In this document: positions 1 through 13,286 of the stretch, in pieces
How positions within the stretch are numbered: the stretch's first letter is position 1
Layout of the letters: the number at the start of each line of letters is the position of its first letter
Assembly (NCBI GenBank): GCA_951406725.2
Contig: OX597827.1
Coordinates: forward strand, 2,852,001 to 2,916,000
Origin: Octopus vulgaris
Lineage: Eukaryota
Length of the DNA stretch: 64,000 bases
Reading direction: 5' to 3'
Made by a program: the position numbers and the translations under genes
Notes under the pieces: generated by a model
Seen by the model: the letters and a program-made list of their open reading frames with translations, nothing else
The model's database searches: none
What the model was told of the DNA's origin: nothing

Positions 1-520
1 TATGCTTCCATACACACACATACACATGCAAAGTTACACTAATACACACACACACACACACACTCATACATACATGCATACATCAATATATATATATATA
101 TATATATATGCATAAATACAGTACACTCACAAGCATAACACACATATACACTCTCTCTCTTTCTCTCTTATACATACACACACATCACACAAACAATCAT
201 AAAATCAAAATGAAAATCTAAAATATTTCAAATTATTTTGTCTGTCTTGTTTTTTCTATGGGTTTGTGGCATTGTTTTTCAGGTTTATTTTTCTCTTTGT
301 TTTAGTTTTGTTTCTGTTATTTTTCATTGCATTATGTATTTATTTATTGTGGTTTCTACTTTTGTTTTTGGTTTTGTTATTCTGTTATAATATTTGTTTA
401 ATGTGTTTTAATGTTATATGCAATATATGAGTGATGGTGTTTGTTTGAGCATGTGTGTGTGTGTGTGTGTCTGAATGCATATGTGCATGTGTATTCAAGA
501 GCATATTATGTAAATATATA

Positions 521-565
<45 letters not shown>

Positions 566-881
566 ACACACACACAAACAAACATACAAAAGTATATATG
601 TGTATATAAGTGTGTATTTATGTGCATGCAGATGTATGTGTGTATGTATAAATTTTATATACCTTCGGTGTGTATGTGTGTGTTTCTGTATAAAAATATG
701 TGTATGTATATATAAATTTGTCTTTTTTCCTGGTACTGTATGAATACATACTGTGGTTTTAGTCACGATTTGACTGCTATATCTAGTGTGGTGGTATATT
801 TTAGATACCCTTAATTATAATTTTAATAATGTGTGTGTATATATATATATATATATACATACTCGTGTATGTGTATATATC

Positions 882-1110
882 ATCATCATTTAAAGTCTAC
901 TTATCCATGCTTGAATGCATGCATGGGTCGAATGGAGTTTGAGGCAAATTTTCTACAGCCAGAAGCCCTTCCTGTCACCCACACTCACCTCTTTCCAAGC
1001 AAAATAATGCTTCCACATTCCCAAAACATGGTTCCACAGAATATTGGAAAATCTGGTATGACAGAGACAATCATTTACAACTATCATGTGATGTCAAAAC
1101 AAGGGGACAC
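882..1110 (-). mobile_element. Family C2 non-autonomous retroelement fragment ((GAT)n tail)
   Basis: Reverse complement carries the ...ttgcttggaaagaggtgag...gacaggaagggc...gtagaaa block and ends in (GAT)n, as in the copies at 8005 and 42050. Confidence 0.6.
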
Positions 1111-1523
1111 AAACACAAGCACAAGCACACATAGACTTGTGTGTGTGAGTCAGATTGAATGGCACTGCCCAGATGTCGAAATCATAGTGATATCTGCTTA
1201 GGCTGCTGATGATGGGAATGCACACATTCTATGCTCAATTGTGGATTGCTTATATCTTAGACTCGTTGTCCTGGGTTGTCCTTTATTCTTATAAAATGGA
1301 AAGAGTTTGTCAGGATCGCTTACTTTGGTATTGTTTGGTTTTCTTCATAGGTAACCTAATTAAGCTTGAACGAGGCTTAGATATTGATATCACATTTTGG
1401 GAAGTTCTGTGGCACACACACACACACACACATAGCTTTGGTTCGACCTGGGGCTAAAGCAGAAAACACCTGCCCAAGATGCCACACAGCAGGACTGAAC
1501 CTGGAACCATATATATGTATGTA

Positions 1524-2097
1524 TATAGCTGTGTAGTAAGAATGTTTCTTCATAAACACATGGATCTGGGTTCAGTCCTACTGCATGGCACCTTGGGCAA
1601 GTTTCTTCTATTATAGCCTCTGGCTGACCAAAGCTTTGTAAGTTTGTGAGTGGACTTGGTAGACGGAAACTCAAAGAAGCTTGTTGTATATATATAATAA
1701 ATTCAGGGTGAATAGTTGATAAGTGTAAGCACCTGTATATGCCAGCTAGTAGCAGAGGGGAGAGGATATATGTATCAAATGAAATAAAAAACAGAACACA
1801 AAGGATGTCGCATGTACCACGACATCCTTTGTGTTCTGTTTTTTATTTCATATGATACATATATATATATATATGTTTGTGTGTCTTTGTGTCTGTGTTT
1901 GTCCTCCATCATTACTTGGCAACCGCTGTTAGAGCATTTATGTCCCTGTAATTTAGTGGTTCAGCAAAAGAGACTGATGGATTAAGCAGTAGGTTTTAGT
2001 AAAAATAAATCCTGGGGTTGATTTGTTTGACTAAAACTCTGCAATGCAGTGCTCCAGAATAGATGTAGTTAAATGACTGAAACAAGTGAAAAACCAA
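1524..2097 (+). mobile_element. tRNA-derived SINE family A, full length, interrupted at about 1697-1863
   Basis: tRNA-like head (gctgtgtagtaag ... gggttcagtcc), CORE-like ccttgggcaagt, internal (TA)/(TG) microsatellite, and tail gactgaaacaagt; matches the copy at 29178. Confidence 0.85.
1767..1863. repeat. Near-perfect hairpin (44-bp stem, 1 mismatch, 9-nt loop)
   Basis: tatatgtatcaaatgaaataaaaaacagaacacaaaggatgtcg pairs with cgacatcctttgtgttctgttttttatttcatatgatacatata. Confidence 0.95.
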
Positions 2098-2455
2098 AAG
2101 CTACATGTATACATGGACACACATAAGTACATAAATATGTCCTGTGAGTCTTAAGCAAATGTCTTTTACTGTTGCTACAATAATGGTCAACCTAAGCATT
2201 TTAAGAGAAATCTTGTTGAAACAATCCTGCCTTCACGCAATATCATCCTAACTCTACCTTGCCTTGAGAGTTTTGTAAAGGTACAAAGGTGTGTGAGATA
2301 CTCATCCATTATGATATAATGGAATAAGTAGGGAGTTTTGTTGACTGATTAACTAGAACGGTAATCACTGAAAATAATGGTAGTCCATCAATGTTTCTGA
2401 TATATATATCTATATAAATAGTGTGTGTATTTATACATGTTTGTATATGCATATA

Positions 2456-2505
<50 letters not shown>

Positions 2506-2514
2506 TATATACGT

Positions 2515-2680
2515 ATGACAGGCTTCTTTCAGTTTCCATCTTCCAAATCCACTCACAAGGCTTTGGTCGGCCCAAGGCTATATCAGAAGATACTTGCCCA
2601 AGGTGCCACAAAGTGTGACTGAACCTGGAACCATGTGGTTGGGAAGTAAGCTTCTTACCACACAGCCATGCCTGTGCCTA
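2515..2680 (-). mobile_element. SINE family A, 5' half
   Basis: Reverse complement of the family A head and CORE-like region. Confidence 0.85.
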
Positions 2681-3254
2681 TATATATATATAAATGTGTG
2701 TCATCATCATAATATATATATATATATATATACATACACACACACACACACTTAAATATGTATACACATACACACACATATATACATATGTTTATACACA
2801 CGCACTTACTCTTACACACATAAATTGTGTGTACTTGTCTGTTTTATGATGTTCTCTCTCTCTCTCTCTCTCTCTCTCGCTCTGTTTAGCTTGTTTCATC
2901 TCGTTTTATGAAACTTTCAGAAATACTTCAACTACAATAAAAAATCTTGTCCAGCACATTAATACAGCAGCAACAACAACAACACTGTCAGTCATCAACA
3001 ACAACAACAACAATAACAACAAAGCTAAACAAGAACAGTAGCAGCAAATCCAGACCAGCTATTACAAAACTGGAAGAAAAAGATGAAATGAATAGGGGCC
3101 AGCAAATAATAAACAGCCCCAGCATTGAGACCATCATACACAACAACTGGGTTCATCTCCATTGTGCAGCACCTTGGGCACGTGTCTTCTACTAAATCCC
3201 TGGGCTGTGAATGGATTTAGTAGACAGAAACTGAAACAAGCCTATCTTACTCAT

Positions 3255-3800
3255 ACATGGTGGCTGCCCTATCATTATCGAGTATGGCCATTGCACGAAG
3301 CTTAATCAATGTTGATATCGTGCAATGCCTGTGCAAGAAGATTCTTTTTAAAGTGAGGAAAGGCTGTGCACTGAGTCAATCCCACTCACTAAGCAACAGC
3401 AGCCATAATCCGAATAGAAGAACAAGTCAACATCATTGGTAACCACTGAGCCGCAGGTTTTATGTCGGAGTTATCCCAGTTACCTGAGTTATCTGCTCCT
3501 AGAAGGATGCCCTAACAAAGGCAAGGAGTCCTTCACTCCCAATGGTTTAACCGTGTGATCGGCTATTCAGTCCGATTATTTCTATGTCCCCGTGCATGAT
3601 ACAGCCTTAAGACATTTATTGGACTCTCAAGACTTCCTCCGCTCTTTAACGGGTTTTGTTTTTCATCCCGCAGGGTGTCCAATAAACACCCTCCTCACCA
3701 AGCAAGCTTGGTGGGGTTGCCGGTTTAGTCGCCGATGACCTGACCATGCAACAGGTTGTGCTGGGTTACATGTTACCAGTAGCACTCGAAAGTGACCTAA
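3255..3800 (-). mobile_element. Probable 5' region or non-autonomous derivative of an RTE-type retroelement
   Basis: GC/CpG-richer island. The motif tctgctcctagaaggatgccctaacaaaggcaaggag resembles, from memory, antisense RTE 5' regions. No coding support. Confidence 0.35.
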
Positions 3801-4139
3801 CATACTCATACATACATATGTGTGTATGTGTATGTATGTGTGTGTGTGTAGTTGAATATCAAAATAGAAAAGGATCAATAATCTCGGCAAATGACTTCAT
3901 AAAGCTCTTTGTAGATGAAGATACACCAGGCTAACAAATATGTCCTCTAATAGATGTGAGAATCCGGGTCAGGTAATCCAAACTCAGCAAGATGTCCCCA
4001 GTCAGAGACATCTTGACCCTTTGTTGATTCTCTTCAATTTGCCAACCACTTTACAAAGTTAAATGGGTATATTTTATCAAGGCATAAGTAATAAAGAGGT
4101 CCCCTTATAACTTGTACGATTAGAAAGCCCCACTGCCAG

Positions 4140-4357
4140 ACTGGTTAGCACGCCGGGCAAAATGCTGAGTGGTATTTCGTCTGCCGTTATGTTCTGAGTT
4201 CAAATTCCATCGAGGTCAACTTTGGCTTTCATCTTTTCAGGTTTGATAAATTAAGTACCAGTTACGCACTGGGGTCGATATACTCAACTTAATCCGTGTG
4301 TCTGTCCTTGTTTGTCCTCTCTGTGTTTAGCTCCTTGTAGGCAATAAAGAAATAGGT
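4140..4357 (+). mobile_element. tRNA-derived SINE family B (tail type 1)
   Basis: B-box gagttcaaattcc, central block ctttcatcttttcagg..gataaattaagtaccag (Meta/MESC-domain-like, from memory), and tail gcaataaagaaatagg. Confidence 0.85.
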
Positions 4358-4404
4358 AGGTAGGTTCATTCTTTCTTTCTTTCTTCTTTTCTTTCTGCTG
4401 TCTA

Positions 4405-4950
4405 AGTGACCTAATTAGCAGTAGTGGAGGATGTTCTGAAAGTACAGTTGCTAGAAAAAAAGAATAGGACAGAAAAACTTCATAGAGCTACTGCCTCTAT
4501 TGGCGACAAGAAGTCCCTCTCTCAGAGTGAAAGACAAATTGTATGATGCTTGTGTATAAACGACAATGCTACATGGTAGTGAGATGTGGACCATGAATGC
4601 AGAAGACATGCGAAGGCAAGAGAGAAACTAAAACACTCTATTTGGTGAACAATGTCAGTGTCAATGTGAAATAAGGTGCTAATGCACCGAGAGAAATATT
4701 AGGCTTAAGAAGAATTAGATGTGGTGTGCAATAGGGAAGATACCACTGGTTTGGTCATATGATGCATTTAGATGTGAACAGCTGCATCAAGAAGTGCTGG
4801 TCACTTAGAGTGGATGAAACTTAGAGAGGAGGGTGACCCAGGAAGACATGAGAGAAAAGTAGTGAAGGCTGATCTCAAGATGCTGAGTGCCATGGGGACA
4901 ACAAGGACTTGAGACGACTGGCAATATGCTAAGCTAGAGAAGACCTATCT
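4405..4950 (+). pseudogene. RTE-clade LINE, degenerate post-RT C-terminal fragment
   Basis: Translates with stops and frameshifts to ELLPLLATRSPSLRVKDKLYDACV*TTMLHGSEMW ... WFGHMM ... PRKT ... VVKADLKML, typical of the RTE ORF 3' end. Confidence 0.8.
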
Positions 4951-5000
4951 GTCACAGAAAATATGAGGTCTGAGACAACCTCAGTTGCCTTGACACAAAA

Positions 5001-5120
5001 GCACCACGGTCTAGATTACACATAGATTTTGCAGGACCTCATAATGGTGACTAATTTTTTTATTAAGGTTAACGCATTATCTAAATGGCCAGAGGTCTTC
5101 ATTACGAGCCAAACAACACA
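5001..5120 (+). pseudogene. Gypsy-type LTR retrotransposon integrase fragment
   Basis: PRSRLHIDFAGP, then a frameshift, then IKVNALSKWPEVF; matches the PWSRLHIDFAGP...VDxxSKWPEV integrase motif. Confidence 0.8.
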
Positions 5121-5909
5121 TTAATACAAAAGCTACGTCACCTGGAAGAGTATCAAGTACATATGCCAAATCTTCCTGCCGGTACCTCGATATACTAATT
5201 AATTTTGCTGAAGATTTTTGCATTTCTGGGTTACATCAAGGGCCTAAAAACATATTGTCATATACTCCTTGATATCAATAAAAAGACACGTTGGTCATGC
5301 ATGGAACACTTTTGATCATATGTCTTCAATCTGGGTTCAACAAACAATAACAACAGTATAACTTAGTACACTTTACTTAAATGCTATTCTGCACCAAACC
5401 AATTAATCTTGAAAATGATGGGTTTTCTTGAAACCATTTGGAAATGTTGAAGAGATGCATTATTTTTACTTCTTTTTATTTTGATTTAACTTATTTTTTT
5501 AAAAATTTACTTTTAAATTCCATTTTACTCTAAACTTTATGCCATTTTATGTTTCTTTATTATACTCAATGTTTAGTTCTTAGCTTTGCAGCTTTCAAAA
5601 AGAAGATTCTGGATGAGAGCTTAGGCTAAGCACATCATCTTCATGATTATCTCTGACTTTCGTTCAGTTTGTATACACACATATACACACATGCACTTGT
5701 GTACACAGTGAATTCTAGGTTTAGTACTGAATTCTTGTAGACAAATAAAATCTTTCTATCCACAATCTATTCAGAATCCAGGAAATATTGAGACTATTCG
5801 CAAGTAATACACAACATTATAGACAATGGGAGGGCTTTTTTATGATCTAAGAAAGATAGCAGCCAAATCTCCATCATCGGGAGTGATTAATTGGTCAATA
5901 AGTTCCTAA

Positions 5910-5944
<35 letters not shown>

Positions 5945-5957
5945 TGTATTTATATAT

Positions 5958-6265
5958 AGCAGAAAATCATAGATTTTATATATAGCTCATATTTTATGTT
6001 CAAGAGCTGATTAAAATAATTACATATTTAGGTTACACAATTAACTTAAATTAAGTCAAATTAATTTAAACTGGTAATGATTTTCTGATCACCATAACAT
6101 TCCTAATGATCTTTGTATAAACAATGTTTGTAAAGTACATTTGACTTAATTTAATTTGAATTATGTATCACATTTTTGTAATTATACATTTGGTGGTGTT
6201 TTTCTTGATGAAACAGCTGTTGAATACTAAGTATGAACTGTATGTGAAATTTATACTTTTCTGCT
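5958..6265. repeat. Old degenerate foldback (long imperfect inverted repeat)
   Basis: Outer arms agcagaaaatcatagatttt...caagagctg and cagctgttg...ttatacttttctgct; inner arms aaattaagtcaaat and atttgacttaattt. Confidence 0.7.
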
Positions 6266-6307
6266 AAATACATTGCTCTTACAGATCCTTTTAGCTGATT
6301 ATTTATT

Positions 6308-6350
<43 letters not shown>

Positions 6351-6714
6351 ATGTGTGTGTGTGTGTGTGTGTGTGTGTATGAAAGTCGGTCCCACTTGGA
6401 TTTACTGTAATTTGGAATTTAATGATTTATTTATTGAGGTCTTAATTACTGTAGATTTTTTCTTTGATGTTTGTGCATCAATTATCTCTTTCTCTCACTC
6501 TCACTCTCTCCCTCTCTCTCTCTCTCTCTCTATGTATATATTTATTTAATTCAAAGAAGTTACAAATTGACTCAAGAGCAGAGAATTTCTTACAATAACA
6601 TTAAGCAAACTGGTTTGAAATTACGGCAAACACATTTATTTAAATGTAATTTCTCTAAACTGGAACCAGTTTGATAACTGCCAATGCACTAAACTAAGTT
6701 ACTTAGTAATCTGT

Positions 6715-7130
6715 GTCATCATCGTTTAATGTCTGCTTTCCATGCTGGCATGGGTGGGACAGTTTGACTGAGGGCTGGCAAGCCTGAAGGCTGCCCCAGG
6801 CTCCAATCTGATCTGGCAGAGTTGCTACAGCTGGATGCCCTTCCTAATACCAACCACTCCAAGAGTGTAGTGGGTGCTTTTTACGTGCCACTGGCATGAG
6901 GGCCAGTCAGGCAGCACTGGCAACAACCATGCTTGAATGGTGCTTCTTATGTACCACTGACACAGATGCCAATCAAGTGGTACTGTCATCAACCACGGCA
7001 ATGACTTCACTTGACTCAACAGGCCTTTGCAAGCACAGTTTATTGCCCAATGATTGAAGGGTACTCTTAAATGAGCCAGTTATGCTGCACTGACATAGGC
7101 CACAGTTATGGTCTCACTTGGCTTGCCAGC
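6715..7130 (-). mobile_element. Family C1 non-autonomous retroelement
   Basis: Reverse complement of the 56755-57131 copy (ggcacgtaaaaagcacccactacac, aggaagggcatccagctgtag, (GAT)n tail). Confidence 0.8.
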
Positions 7131-7329
7131 ACTGAATAAAAATATATATTTGTATTTATTCAAAATACAAAGAACAGAATAATGATGCAAAATAAACAAC
7201 AAGAGTTATATAATAGTCTATTCTTGACAGCTGTTTCATAGTGCACCGTACTTGCTTTAGCATTCTCCAACTCCAATGATTGATATATAAGGCTACAAAT
7301 AGCTTGCTTACAACTGGTGATACGGATTG

Positions 7330-7960
7330 TTTTCATTGCATTACAGGAATTTCATGAGAGCTAAATGTTGTCATATTCTTCCTTTTAAACATATAACCAG
7401 AGCAGTTGGTATCTTTCTCAACCATGCCTCACATGTAGTAACCCATGGCATTACTATTAGGGGTATTAAGAGGTCAGAAATTGGGGATGGTGATGTCATA
7501 GAAATTCTCCAACAACTGCTTCTGACTCTCTCAAGAGGTACGATATGCATCTGAATCTTGCTGCTACAGCAACTTTCTCCAGCCTGGGTTGACCACTATC
7601 TCCAGCAACCTCACATAACCCTCTGTATTGAGTCTAAAGCCCTGTTCATCAGCTGTTAGACGAATTCCAGTGTACAGATGCTGCAGTCAGAACACCAGTT
7701 GCATCCTTTCCTGTGATGACAGCTTCATAGTCTCCCTTGCAGCTGTCCATGTCATGTTTCACAACCCCTAAAGTGTGCACAGATCCCTGAGCAGTGTTCA
7801 TGATGTTGGCACTAAGATAGTCATCATAAATTATCATGATACAGGTAACTCTTTACTAATATTCAAGTAGCTCCCAGTCCTCTAGGTCAGCTAACTTTTT
7901 CTCAGCAACAACTTTAATCTTTATGCTCTCCAACGCCATTGACTATCAAGCTGTTTCTGA
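7330..7960 (-). pseudogene. Degenerate, internally deleted maT/DD37D-like transposase
   Basis: Minus strand gives VVKHDMDSCKGDYEAVITGK and QGFRLNTEGYVRLLE...QQDSDAYRTS*ESQKQLLENFYDITIPNF*PLNTP...GYYM*GMVEKDTN, collinear with the 17580-18630 transposase. Confidence 0.75.
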
Positions 7961-8004
7961 AAAAAAAGACATAAAAAAAATCATCAAATTTAGCCGGAAT
8001 AACG

Positions 8005-8255
8005 TGTATGTGTGAGTTTGTGTCTCCTTCTTTGATGTCACATGATAGTTTTAAATGATTATCACTACTGTACAAGCAGTGTCATTTATGTCCAGTATAC
8101 TGCAAAAGCATGTTTAGCCATGGGGAAATATTATCTTACTTGAAAAAAGGTGTGGGTTGATGACAGAAAGGGTGTCCATCTGTAGAAAATCTGCCTCAGT
8201 GAACTCAATCTGACCCGTGCAAGCATGGAAATGTAGATATTAAAATGATGGTGAT
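8005..8255 (+). mobile_element. Family C2 element
   Basis: catggggaaatattatcttacttg...gtagaaaatctgcctc...aagcatggaaa...aaaatgatggtgat. Confidence 0.7.
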
Positions 8256-8882
8256 ATATATGTATATGTATATATGTATGTATATATATGTACATATGTA
8301 CTATGTACATATATACATATATATGTATATATATGTATATATATATGTATATATATATATATATATATGTATATGTATGTATATGTATGTATATGTATGT
8401 ATATGTATATATATGTATATATATGTATATGTATATATATGTATATACGTATATATATGTATGTATATGTATATATATGTATATATATATGTATATATAT
8501 GAATATATGTATATATATGAATATATGTATATATATGTATATATATGAATATATGTAATATATATGTATATATATGAATATATGTATATATATATGTATA
8601 TATATATGTATATATATGTATATATATATGTATGTATGTATATATGTATATATATATATATATGTATATATATGTATATATATATATATATGTATATATA
8701 TGAATATATATATATATATGTATATATATGTGTATATATGTATATATATGTATATATATATGAATATATATATATATGTATATATATGAATATATATATA
8801 TATATGAATATATATATATATATGTATATCTATGTATATATATATTTATATATATGTATGTATGTATATATATATATGTATA
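8255..8882. repeat. Long (TA)n/(TATG)n compound microsatellite
   Basis: Seen directly. Confidence 0.95.
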
Positions 8883-9719
8883 GTGAGAGAGAGGGAGGGT
8901 GGGAGAGACAAATATGTAAGTATATATTTAGATTCTAGACACAAAACAAAAATTCTTAACTAAGCACAAAAGATGCTCACTCCACCCACCCACCCACAAT
9001 GATGTAGTAAAAAGAAAACATTAAAATCATATGTTAAGTTTGAAGAAAATGAAACAAAATCAAATATGCTAGGAAAAGCAGAGTTTAGTGACTAACTTCA
9101 CAATGTCCTGTGGTGCATTGTTGTGTTCTTTGAGTTTTGCCAAATATCTAAAATATAAAAAAATAATTAACGGTTATTGTGTTTATGTGATTGTCTTGTA
9201 TTTTGGTATTTAAGTGTAGATAGGTAATACGTAGTATTAAAAGTAAAACTAGTGAAACGTTAAATAATTATACTCTTGAAATTATCACAAGGAATGACAA
9301 GGTGATTCTATTGCCTAGCAATTTAAATTTGTGCATGCATCTCTTCAGGAATATCTATGGTTCCAAAATCTCCTGTGTTTATTTTTCAATTTTCAATACC
9401 CTAACCTCAACCATCTCTTTGTTATTCTCCCTTCACACCCTCATGAAAGGACTCAGCTCCTTCATCTTCCCCTGCCCGATCAACCGTTGACATCCTCCTT
9501 TATGCTCCCTATCTTCTACTTCTAGCATTTGCTCTGGCACTCCGCCACTGCCATTTTTATCTTCGTCCCAACTACTCCCAGCAACTCCCGATATAATGTT
9601 GCATAGCCATGTATCATCTACTCTTTAGGAAACATCTATACTGGTCCCTCTATCATACGTTAACCTTCCAACACTTATAATAAAGCCACCTCCTGCTCTC
9701 AGGGGGACGTTTTCTTTAA

Positions 9720-9940
9720 CCCTTTGGTATTCAGATTATTTTGTCAAGTGTAATGCTTATTTATTGATGTTGATTTAAATAACTCATGCCTTATCTTGTA
9801 GCTTTGAGATTTTGATGATGTTATTGTTTATTTTTAGCATGGCATTGTAGGATTAATGTAAGAGGCTGGATCCAGTCACTTTGAATGTAAAAGAGGTAGA
9901 ATATTTGGGGCCGGATATGGCCGGTTTAGATGCCAAAGGG
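9720..9940. mobile_element. piggyBac-type MITE
   Basis: TTAA|CCCTTTGG ... CCAAAGGG|TTAA: TTAA duplication at 9716-9719 and 9941-9944 with CCC/GGG termini. Confidence 0.85.
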
Positions 9941-10004
9941 TTAAAAGGAGATATTTCCTATTCTTTTTCTGCCATGCAAGTCAATTGGTGATCAATAGCA
10001 TGGA

Positions 10005-10328
10005 ACCAGTGCCAATGGCATTGAAAAAAAACCTGATGCACACTCTAAGGTGATTGGCATTAGGAAGGGCTTTCAGCCATAGAAATCATGCTGAAGTTGA
10101 CACTGAAGCTCATAGCACTAACGTCAATGGTATGGAAAAAAAAAAAAAAATATGGTACACACTGTGAAGTGACTGGTGTTAGAAGGGGCATCCAGCCATA
10201 GAAACCATGACAAAATTGACTCTGGAACTCAACATTGCTCTGCAGGTCGTTGAATTCTCTCAAATCATCCAACCCATGCCAGCATAGAAAATAGACATTA
10301 AATGATGATGATGATGATGGTGATGATC
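10005..10328 (+). mobile_element. Family C1-like element with a duplicated internal block
   Basis: Two successive ttaggaagggc..cagccatagaaa blocks, then a catgccagcat...(GAT)n tail. Confidence 0.65.
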
Positions 10329-10361
10329 CTTAAAAATGTAATGTGGCATAAGAGTATATGT

Positions 10362-10616
10362 TTACTCTTTTACTCTTTTACTTGTTTCAGTCATTTGACT
10401 GTGGCCATGCTGGAGCCTTTAGTCGAGCAAATCGACCCCAGGATTTATTCTTTGTAAGCCTAGTACATATTCTATCGGTCTCTTTCGCTGAACTGCAAGT
10501 TACGGGGATGTAAACACACCAGCATCAGTTGTCAAGCGATGTTGGCGGGGGGGGGGACAAACACAGACGCACAAACACACATGCACACACACACACACAC
10601 ACACGCACGCACGCAC

Positions 10617-10649
<33 letters not shown>

Positions 10650-10800
10650 TATATTCGACGGGCTTCTCTCAGTTTTTGTCTACCAAATCCACTCACGAAG
10701 CTATAGTAGAAGACACTTGCCCAAGATGCCACGCAGTGGGACTGAACCCAGAACCACGTGGTTGGTAAGCAAGCTACTTACCACACAGCCACTCCTATGC
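10362..10800 (-). mobile_element. SINE family A, full length
   Basis: Complete reverse complement of the family A consensus with a (GAGTAAAA)-type tail. Confidence 0.9.
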
Positions 10801-10802
10801 CC

Positions 10803-11225
10803 ATGGTGTGTAAGTTGTACCGTTGTATAGGAGGACAGTTGTGTAGGATGATCTGTGTAGGTTCTGTTATTTGTGTTGGATGGAAATTAATTAAAGTCTG
10901 TGTTGTTTTGATTCTGTTGCAGTGTTTGGTAGTAATTGAATGAAATGTGTGTTTGGGTTGTGTTGTAATGTTGGGTGTTAATGGCATAAAGCATGAGTGG
11001 GGAGGGTTGTGTTTTATTTTGGCCTTGGTAACCAGGGTTATCATTCTGGATCTGTGAGGTTTCTTCATTGGCCCTTAGGTGGCTATCCTCCCATTGGAAC
11101 ATCTTTTATTTGGTATATTATAGCTTCCCCATACACCTTTTCTTTTTTCCAGAATCTGTTCTATGGAAACCCTAGTATTTCTCTGACTGCATTTGTAATG
11201 TTCTTTGAATGTTTGCCCTTGTGGT
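10803..11225 (-). pseudogene. Possible decayed Penelope-like RT fragment
   Basis: Minus strand YGEAIIYQIKDVPMGG resembles the Penelope RT YxQxxGxPMG motif; the rest is degenerate. Confidence 0.3.
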
Positions 11226-12817
11226 AAATAAAAGAAAGAATTACAAAAATAAAATATAGTAAACTTATATAAAATAGAAGAAACACAAAATAAAAGATTA
11301 TTATTGTTATTATTTACTTCTTTATCCTCTCATTATTTGATTATGAGTATCAAAGTATTTCCTTTTCATGACACTCCTGTGACCTGTTCAATGAGTTCTG
11401 ATATATCTGTCCGAATGTTGTTGTTTGTAGTTGTCTTTCTTTTTCTTTTCTTTTCTTTTCTTTTTTTTTGTTTTATTTGGTTTGGTTTGGTTTGCTTTGT
11501 TTTTGGTTTCTTCTTCAAACAGACCCAGTTCGTCTTCTTATGCGCTGGTTGAGGTTTATCTATTTATTCATCTGTCGTTCAAATATATTTGTAGCGATGC
11601 CAGAAGATAGAGTAGCAAGTAAAAATAAAAGTAGTCATAATTCAGTAAGAGAATAAATAAATAGATAATTAGATGGATAAAAGCTAGCGTGTAGAAGAAA
11701 TGACTGTTTGAAACATCAACAGATGTGGCAAAGATCAGTGAACAGCTTCACAGGAGTGCCACAAAAGACTTTGAGACTCATAAGAGAATAATGAAAAAAT
11801 AAAGAACGGGATAATAACAATAATGAAAATAGCAATAATAATAATAATAATAATGATAATAATAATAACAATAATGATGATAATAGTAATAACGATGAGG
11901 ATGCTAATAATGATTTATTTTTAACAATGATAATGTTTTCTTTTATTTGCTGTCGGGGGTGTTGAATGTAGGGACCATTACAGAGACAGGTTGCATAAAA
12001 TGCTAGGGAATTTACACAGAAATCAATTGAGGTTAAAACAAAAGAAGAACTAAGAAAAGGAGAATAGGTGAATATTCATTCTTCTGATTACCTCCAACTA
12101 GATCAATTGAGAGAACCCCCAATAAATTTTGGTGAAATCTTTCTAATCACTTAGGATAAGTGCTTTTCCCCCAATTGTTATTCTCCAGCCTGTTGGCACA
12201 TGCTGAGAGTAGACTCATTCCCTCTTGCTAAGTTCATCACTGTCATCCTATTGTGTAACAAACTTACTAGAAGAGCACCTGTTTTTCTGCATTTACCTCC
12301 ATATCCAAATATAACTTGCAAGAAATTTGATGAGAGCTTGACTGGAAGTGAAGATGTCTTCCTTCAAGTTTTTCAGCTTTGCACATCACACAGCCTCTTT
12401 TATCACGTTCACCAGTCAGAGTACAATTGCCTATTTCTCTCTATTAAAGAGCAGTGTGGCAATGATAATAATAAAAGTAAAAATAATTTTGGTACAAGGC
12501 TAGTAAGTTCGATAGAGGGAGCTAATTGGTTACAATTAGTATCCAACAGTACCCAACTGGTGTTTATTTTATCAATCCCAAAAGGATGAAAGGCAAAGTT
12601 GACCTCAGCAGAATTTGAACTCAGAACATGAAGACAGTTGAAAATAATAATAATTTTTATCATAAGCCCAAGGCCTGAAATTCTGAGAGGAGAATGGACA
12701 AGTTGATTCCACTGACGCTCAAATACCCAAAGGTGCCTAAATTAGAATTATATTTATTATCATTATTTTATAAACGATATAAAAAATAAATAAATAAAAG
12801 CATTATTATTGTCATTA

Positions 12818-13270
12818 TTGAGTGAGAGAGAGCAGTGCATGCCTTCAAAATGAGACTGGGGTTCAAATACACGAAGCCCAATATCCCCATTATGACTACC
12901 CTTTCTGATAAGGGTACACCAGGCACATGCATCACAACCATATGTGCATAACATGGTGATCTTACATCAACATAAACAGTGCATGACCTTGTAGGTGGGG
13001 CTCAGTTAGGATTTTCATCAGGTCATGTGGCCCATTCTGCTCAAAAGGTCCCTGAATAAGGTTGTTGAGCAAAATACCCATGTTTCCTGAGGTAAATTAT
13101 TCAAACCCCAAAGAAGTCCTCTTGACATATGGCTATGATACTCCATCACTACTGCTCGTGATCAGAGATGCACATATTGTCAGACACTAAGGGACATGCT
13201 CAACTGGTTAAGGTCAAACAACTGACAAGCAAATCTGTTGTATTGAGCAGAATATATACTGTAGCCCATA
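12818..13270 (-). mobile_element. Dispersed repeat E, inverted copy of 29840-30360
   Basis: Reverse-complement match over about 420 bp (e.g. gctcgtgatcagagatgcacata, caactggttaaggtcaaacaactgacaagcaaat). Confidence 0.85.
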
Positions 13271-13286
13271 ATGAGCAGAATATTTG

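Noticed and set aside
9340-9700. Penelope GIY-YIG fragment
   Set aside because: Only faint resemblance (PNLNHLFV, NIYTG); too degenerate to call.
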